A DNA stretch of 64,000 bases from Eledone cirrhosa. Taxonomy: Eukaryota. Location of the stretch: the NCBI GenBank assembly GCA_964016885.1, contig OZ024746.1, positions 42,966,001 to 43,030,000 of the forward strand, given 5' to 3'. The translations under genes were made by a program, and so were the position numbers. The number at the start of each line of letters is the position of its first letter. Within the stretch, counting starts at the first letter, position 1. This document shows, one piece after another, positions 58,208 to 64,000 of this stretch. Below the pieces are notes generated by a model that made no database searches, had not been told where the DNA came from, and saw nothing but the letters and a program-made list of their open reading frames with translations.

Positions 58208-58494
58208 AACTATATCTAAATATATTTGCTAGTTGATTATATCTGAAAATTAAGGGATTTCTTTTCTTTTGTTTGTTACAAGTTACAAGTATAAAGCCCT
58301 CACATGTGTGATGGCAATGTTAATTAGGGTCACAGGATACATTTTGGCTAGTTGGGTATCATGTCCTATGATAACTAACTGGCCAAAATGTACTAATATC
58401 CACTATTACACAACATGAAATGTAATGAGATATTTCTGGCAATAAAAACAACTTTAAACACTTGGAAGGCTCACATTTGGCAACTAATCTAACT

Positions 58495-58760
58495 ATTGAA
58501 ATATTGGTTGAACCTGTATCTGTGGAGAATTCAAGTGTTTTTGGCACCTGGACCATATTGCTACTCACTACTATCAGGACAGAGTTGGCTACCAGCAGGA
58601 GCAAGCCCCACAAACTAGAATGGCTATTCCAACACATCTCCCATCCTATTCTCCAGAGCAATGTTTTCTCTATTCTCTCCTCTGGGAGCATGATGTGGCA
58701 TACACAAGGGATCCCATGCACCAGAGAAACCTCTCCCACATCTGCATCACTGGGGTAGCG
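58495..58760 (+). mobile_element. CRE-like REL-endonuclease C-terminal fragment
   Basis: VEPVSVENSSVFG....IRTELATSRSKPHKLEWLFQHISHPILQSNVFSIL. Confidence 0.7.
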
Positions 58761-60001
58761 ATGCTTAGTTGGTCAATCATATGTATATAAACATATAAAT
58801 GGACTGGATAATTACTTCACATACATACAAGTTCCCAACATTGGAGAAGCTTCTATTTAATTGATTAACCTGCTAAGAATAGAAATCAAATCTCCCTTCA
58901 GTTACACTCTATGATTTAAAAAAAAGAGGAAAGGTCAGATTGATTAATGTAGCTTTACACATTATGGATGAACAAGTATATATGCTGGAATAAGGTTGAT
59001 CTTAAATCTGCTTGATCAATGTTAATCTGAGGTTAATTTTTCAAAGCAGCAACGTAATCCACATGCCAGTTTTTTTTAGACTACAAAGCCATACATGAAT
59101 TTAAATATTCTCATTATATTTTCATTACATTCTTCTAAGACTCTTACTTGAATATTTAAATTTCATGAATATTTTCTTTCACTGCTCAATCTTTGTGATT
59201 TAGTATACAACACATAAAATCACTGCTTTTACCAAATGATTTACTTCTAACACAAATTCCCAAACAACTGATTAGCCACACAATTCACCTTCCTTTCCTT
59301 ATCATCAACTAATCTTCCACAAACCTTCACGAAAACTACACAAATAATGTATAAATAAAAGATGTGTAATGATATATTTGAAATTATGAAATTATATTGG
59401 TTTTTACTGTCATCAATCTTTATTTTCTACATTATACACTATTCTTAATTTCATTTATTATCAACTCAATATTTAATAATTGTTTACTATTGGGAACAAG
59501 ATATATATAATATTTTATAATTATACAATATTTCATATTAAGAAAATCTAATTTCTTAATTTATAATAAGAGTGTGTGTATATCTGCAAACAAAAAAATA
59601 AAATGTTGCAATCACCGTGTTATTTTATGATTCTAGGTGTTAGATTCTTTGGTAAAGTCATTTTAGAATTTATCAGTTTATATCTTTTATTATTTCAAAT
59701 CTAGTTTTTTAATGAACTTTATTAAGTCTTTTACTTTGAAACGGAAAAATATGTTTGTTTTCTTGTTTCCAGTATCATAAAAAAATAGAAAACAAGCATT
59801 CTCAATGAAACAAGACAAATTCATATTCTATTAGAATATAATTTCATGTTAGAACATTTCCCTTTTATCAACGTATTTGCCATGTCTAATTTATTTTGGC
59901 AGCATCAGATTTTTAATGTTGTAAAAGTCTGGTCTCAAGAAAAATAGAAAATGTTTCTTGAAAATATCTTTCTTGTCATAAGCATTTAAATTTTTACATA
60001 C

Positions 60002-60094
60002 CCTGAGTTAGACTCATGATATAGTATTTTCTCCATGTTAGCCTTCACAATTTTGAATAGAGGCCAAAATCAAAGAATCAAACAGAACATTAAC
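60002..60094 (-). pseudogene. 93-nt exon relic
   Basis: Acceptor aatttag and donor gtatgt. LMFCLIL*FWPLFKIVKANMEKILYHESNS; phase-compatible with the exon at 61000-61245. Confidence 0.4.
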
Positions 60095-60999
60095 CTAAAT
60101 TTTCCACCAATAATGTCTGAATTCTGATTTATTTATTATTGATTCTTACACTATTTTATGATTTCGTTTATAAATTTTTGGAAGAAAAAATAGATAGAAT
60201 TTCATATCTGTTTTATAAAACACAACAGAAATAAAATAAAATTTGTTCCTAGCTTATATCCTACATTTACATATGATCGGAAATAAAGCTCACCCACAAA
60301 TAAATGTTTAAACACATAGAAGCATTGAGGCAATTGGTGAAGAATTGTAGTGTTTCGTGAGAAGCACTAAAGCATATGCTGAAGATTCTTGATTCGCCCA
60401 TACACTCTATTAAAAAAAGGCATTATAAATTTCTTTTAGTAAGTGTTACAAAATAATTTCTAATATAGGCAAAATACCATAAATTTAGGGAGGGATTATT
60501 TGAATAAGCTAATCCCAGTACTTGACTTTATCAACCGTAGAATGATGAAAGGCATTTGAACTCAGAATATAAAGAGCCAGAACAAATACCACCATCCATT
60601 TGTTTTGACATACTTATGATTCTACTAATACATCACAGTATTGGGAAATGATACAACTATGTATTTGTATTTAAGTCAAATCCTTGCTAAATTTTCTGAT
60701 ATATCAAACCGAATCCATTAAATATCTTTGAATTTGAATTAATGCTACTTTTTCCATATTGAGACAATATAACACTAATTAGAAAGAGACATTTTCTGTC
60801 ATAGTTCTTAATGAAATGTGAAACTTGATTAAAATAAATCACTAAATTATTAGATATAAATCATTTTTTATGTAAGATTGCTCTACTAAATTTCAAATCA
60901 CAATGCTAACTAGTAGTCGAGAAAATACAATCTAAATGTTTGTAGATCTAGGAATATTATAAGACAAATAAAGTTATTCTGCATTTCAGGGACATATAC

Positions 61000-61245
61000 C
61001 TGTTCACAATTCTGCCTGCAAATTCAACAATACATCTTAATGTAAGTGGATTCAATATTGAAAACATATAGAAACTCTTCCGAGATTTCAAATATGTTAA
61101 TATATTGTATATATATACTAAAATAATGCATTAACTTGTTAATGATGTTGTATAGAGTAAAACTGTTTTTAGTGGTTTGTTCTGTGTCCATGTAATTTGA
61201 AGGCCCTTGAAGATTTGTGAGAAAAGTTACAGTGTTAATGTTCAT
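61000..61245 (-). pseudogene. 246-nt exon relic
   Basis: Acceptor ctattacag and donor CAG|gtatat. After a frameshift it ends FYMFSILNPLTLRCIVEFAGRIVN (NPL.L motif as in NACHT helical domains). Confidence 0.4.
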
Positions 61246-61438
61246 CTGTAATAGCTGAAGGTTGATAGCAGCAAGAGAAACCTTTTAGCCTTTAGTCAAA
61301 TATACATTTAACTTATTCATGTGTGTTATATAAAAGGTGAGCAATGTTTCCTAGAAGGTTGAATGCCACCTGCAATTTATAAGGGATTCTGGCTGTAAAT
61401 AAAGTTTTATTTTCTTCACCAATTGGAATCCTGCTTAG

Positions 61439-61656
61439 TACTTGTCAAATAATTGTTTCTACTTTTGGCACAAGGACAGCAATCATCCCAGTGCATTACT
61501 GGTACTTTATTTTATCGACCCTGTAAGGATGAAAGGAAAAGTTAACCTAGGCGGGATTTGAACTCAGAATGGCAAGGGCCGTAACTCTATGCATCAAAGC
61601 ATGGTTTCCAACCCTCTACTGATACTGCCAATTCACCGCCCTACTTGTCAAATAAT
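61439..61656 (-). mobile_element. Full-length tRNA-derived SINE with 15-bp TSD
   Basis: TACTTGTCAAATAAT at 61439-61453 and 61642-61656; A and B boxes, core and tail are all present. Confidence 0.92.
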
Positions 61657-62594
61657 CTGATATGATCTGACAAGTTATAATATTTTTTAGAGCTCTTAAA
61701 AATTTTCCACAGGGAAACCTTTCTATCAAATTTCCCAAACTTTTTGCATAATCAGTGGATATTTTGTGTATGACTATCTATGAATCTTCCCAAAGAAATT
61801 ATCCTACGACCTCATTTTGACTATTTATATTTATGAATGTTGAAAATTTCAGATAATGGCATCGTAGTGGCAAAATTACCAACTTTGCTCAATGTAGTTT
61901 ACCTGAACTTGTTTTCCTGATTTCTTTTCATTAATACAAAAATATTCACATATACCAAAGGATATAATTTAGCTATTCTTACTACACTATAGAAAGAAGT
62001 ATCTCTTTCAACACCTCTTTTCAAATCACCCCCTATTCAAATCATTATAAATTTTAATTGAAAGGAGATGAAAACTAATTTTTGGAAGAAACTCCAGTAT
62101 ACTGAAGCAATATTTAGAAACTCTCTTAATCTTATTATAAAACTAGATAGTTAAGGTTATATAACAGCGTAAAATATGAAATCCCAGGAAACAGATTGTC
62201 TGCATTGGCAATAATTAGTCTATATTGAAGTTCAAAGAATAGTTAAGTAAGGTCAAGTCTCCAATCTGATAAAACAATCTTCTCTCCCACCCACAAATAT
62301 TAGAGGACCTGAAAGGTGTCATAAGTACTCTCAAACTAAAGCAGTAAAAGAAGTAAAGAGTGAATCAAATGTTTTGGGTCATTTTCATTTGCCTGAGAGC
62401 AAAAAAGATTATGTTTTTGCTTTGATTATGTGCAAAAAATTAAAATAGACAATAGCTCATTTTCTTTTCATCACTCTCAGATGGGGCAATGGCATGAAAC
62501 ATAATTAAATTTGTCTCACCATACAGCCATTGACTTCCTCTCCAAACAATCCCAAAGGTATATACTACTATATATATTAAGTGTGACACTAAAT

Positions 62595-62765
62595 GGTTGC
62601 TTCTTCTTTGCTCACTTATTCCTGAGAGGGTTGTGGAGGCAGGGTCCTCAAACACTCCTTCCAGTGGGTCCTGTTAGAAGTTACCATCTCCAACTGATCT
62701 GACTGGATCCCCAAACATGACCAGCCAAGCTCATGGATGTTATCCAACCACCTTGATCAGGTTTG
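62595..62765 (-). mobile_element. Expander/Rex3-like RTE 3' fragment
   Basis: Similar to 55436-55600. Confidence 0.72.
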
Positions 62766-62945
62766 CTATAAATATGATTCTAATCGATTACAATAGAACT
62801 AATGAACTAGCAGCTTAATCAGCACTTACCTATGTTCAGATAATAAAAATGACCAGTATTAGTATGAAGAAGTTAAGTATAAATCCCTTAAAATGTTATG
62901 GCTGATCAATGTTGAGTGTAGTATACCTAGTTTTCTGTGATAAGT

Positions 62946-62948
<3 letters not shown>

Positions 62949-63031
<83 letters not shown>
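62949..63031. repeat. (GA)n microsatellite
   Basis: Read directly from the sequence. Confidence 0.97.
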
Positions 63032-63032
<1 letters not shown>

Positions 63033-64000
63033 CTAGTATGACGATTAATATTTCAGGTGACAATGAAAATATAAATCAGGATGCATTAAATTAACAATGT
63101 GTGCCAGAAATATCACATTAATATCTATCAGGCTTGACATTTAATTAATAATTTTTAATGTCTTAGATTTTGTCACACACATATAAATTGTGTTTTACAA
63201 CAATACTAATCTATTGTTATAAAATCATTTAAAGTTAAAAATAACACTCAAATTAATACTTTGTTTTATATAATTAATTATTTCTATTTAATGCAATAAA
63301 TAGAGTCAACTGTCTGACCTTTATTAATCAGATATATCAATCACTAGGAGAACAGACATATTAATAAAAGAAAAATCACTGATTTCTTATATATGCATAA
63401 GGTCATAAATTTATTAAAATGGGACAGTCAATTGAATCTACCTTAGTATGTAATTGGTATTAATTTTATCAGCTACTGAATCAAAGAGAAAGTTAAATAT
63501 GGTGGGGGCTTTAAAATAGCTCTAAATGCTGCAAGATATTTAAACTAATTGATTTCTTATATTAGCACAAGACAGGGAGGATATATACGAAACCAATACC
63601 AGTATATATATGTCTATCTTTATCAGTCCTGGAGAGTAGGAAGGAAAAAGATCACTTTTGGTAGTAACTAAAACCGGAATGCATTTGGTACAGTACGTTA
63701 ATCTTTGTACTATTTTGCCTTTTGATGGTCTTTATAGATATAGAAAGGGTAACGAATGTAAACCCATTGTGAGCAAAATTAAAATACTTCCCTATTAATG
63801 AATTAACATGTAAAATATTATGTCTTTCAATAAGGTATTTTAGATGATTAAAAGAGTAGAAAAAATGAAATCTCTAGAATAGATTTAAGGCTCTAGACAG
63901 AATATTTTACTGCAATGTGATTAATTCTGATTAAGGATGTGGAAATAATTCTTTAAAAACTCATTTTCTTATTGCAAGAACTAGTAAAGTAAGTAGTGTT

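Overview
AT-rich, repeat-dense eukaryotic DNA. The SINE/RTE repertoire suggests an octopus or other coleoid cephalopod; this is an inference. No intact host protein-coding gene, rRNA, tRNA gene or CRISPR array is visible. The only long intact ORF is ORF2 (APE endonuclease plus RT) of a young CR1-group LINE at 1-2973, followed by a 1.05-kb TA-rich microsatellite. The rest holds decayed RTE, R4/Dong-like, CRE-like and Penelope-like (PLE) retroelement pieces, tRNA-derived SINEs, two non-autonomous Helitrons, hAT and piggyBac-type MITEs, and a foldback element. Two less obvious signals stand out. First, a chain of minus-strand exon relics from about 61.2 kb down to 4.9 kb has canonical splice sites, and its broken translations follow, in order, motifs of NWD1/NWD2-like NACHT proteins. 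This may be a decayed gene with two NACHT modules; it was matched by eye and is unverified. Second, a minimal PLE-type hammerhead ribozyme lies at 30230-30268 in a solo-pLTR-like context.
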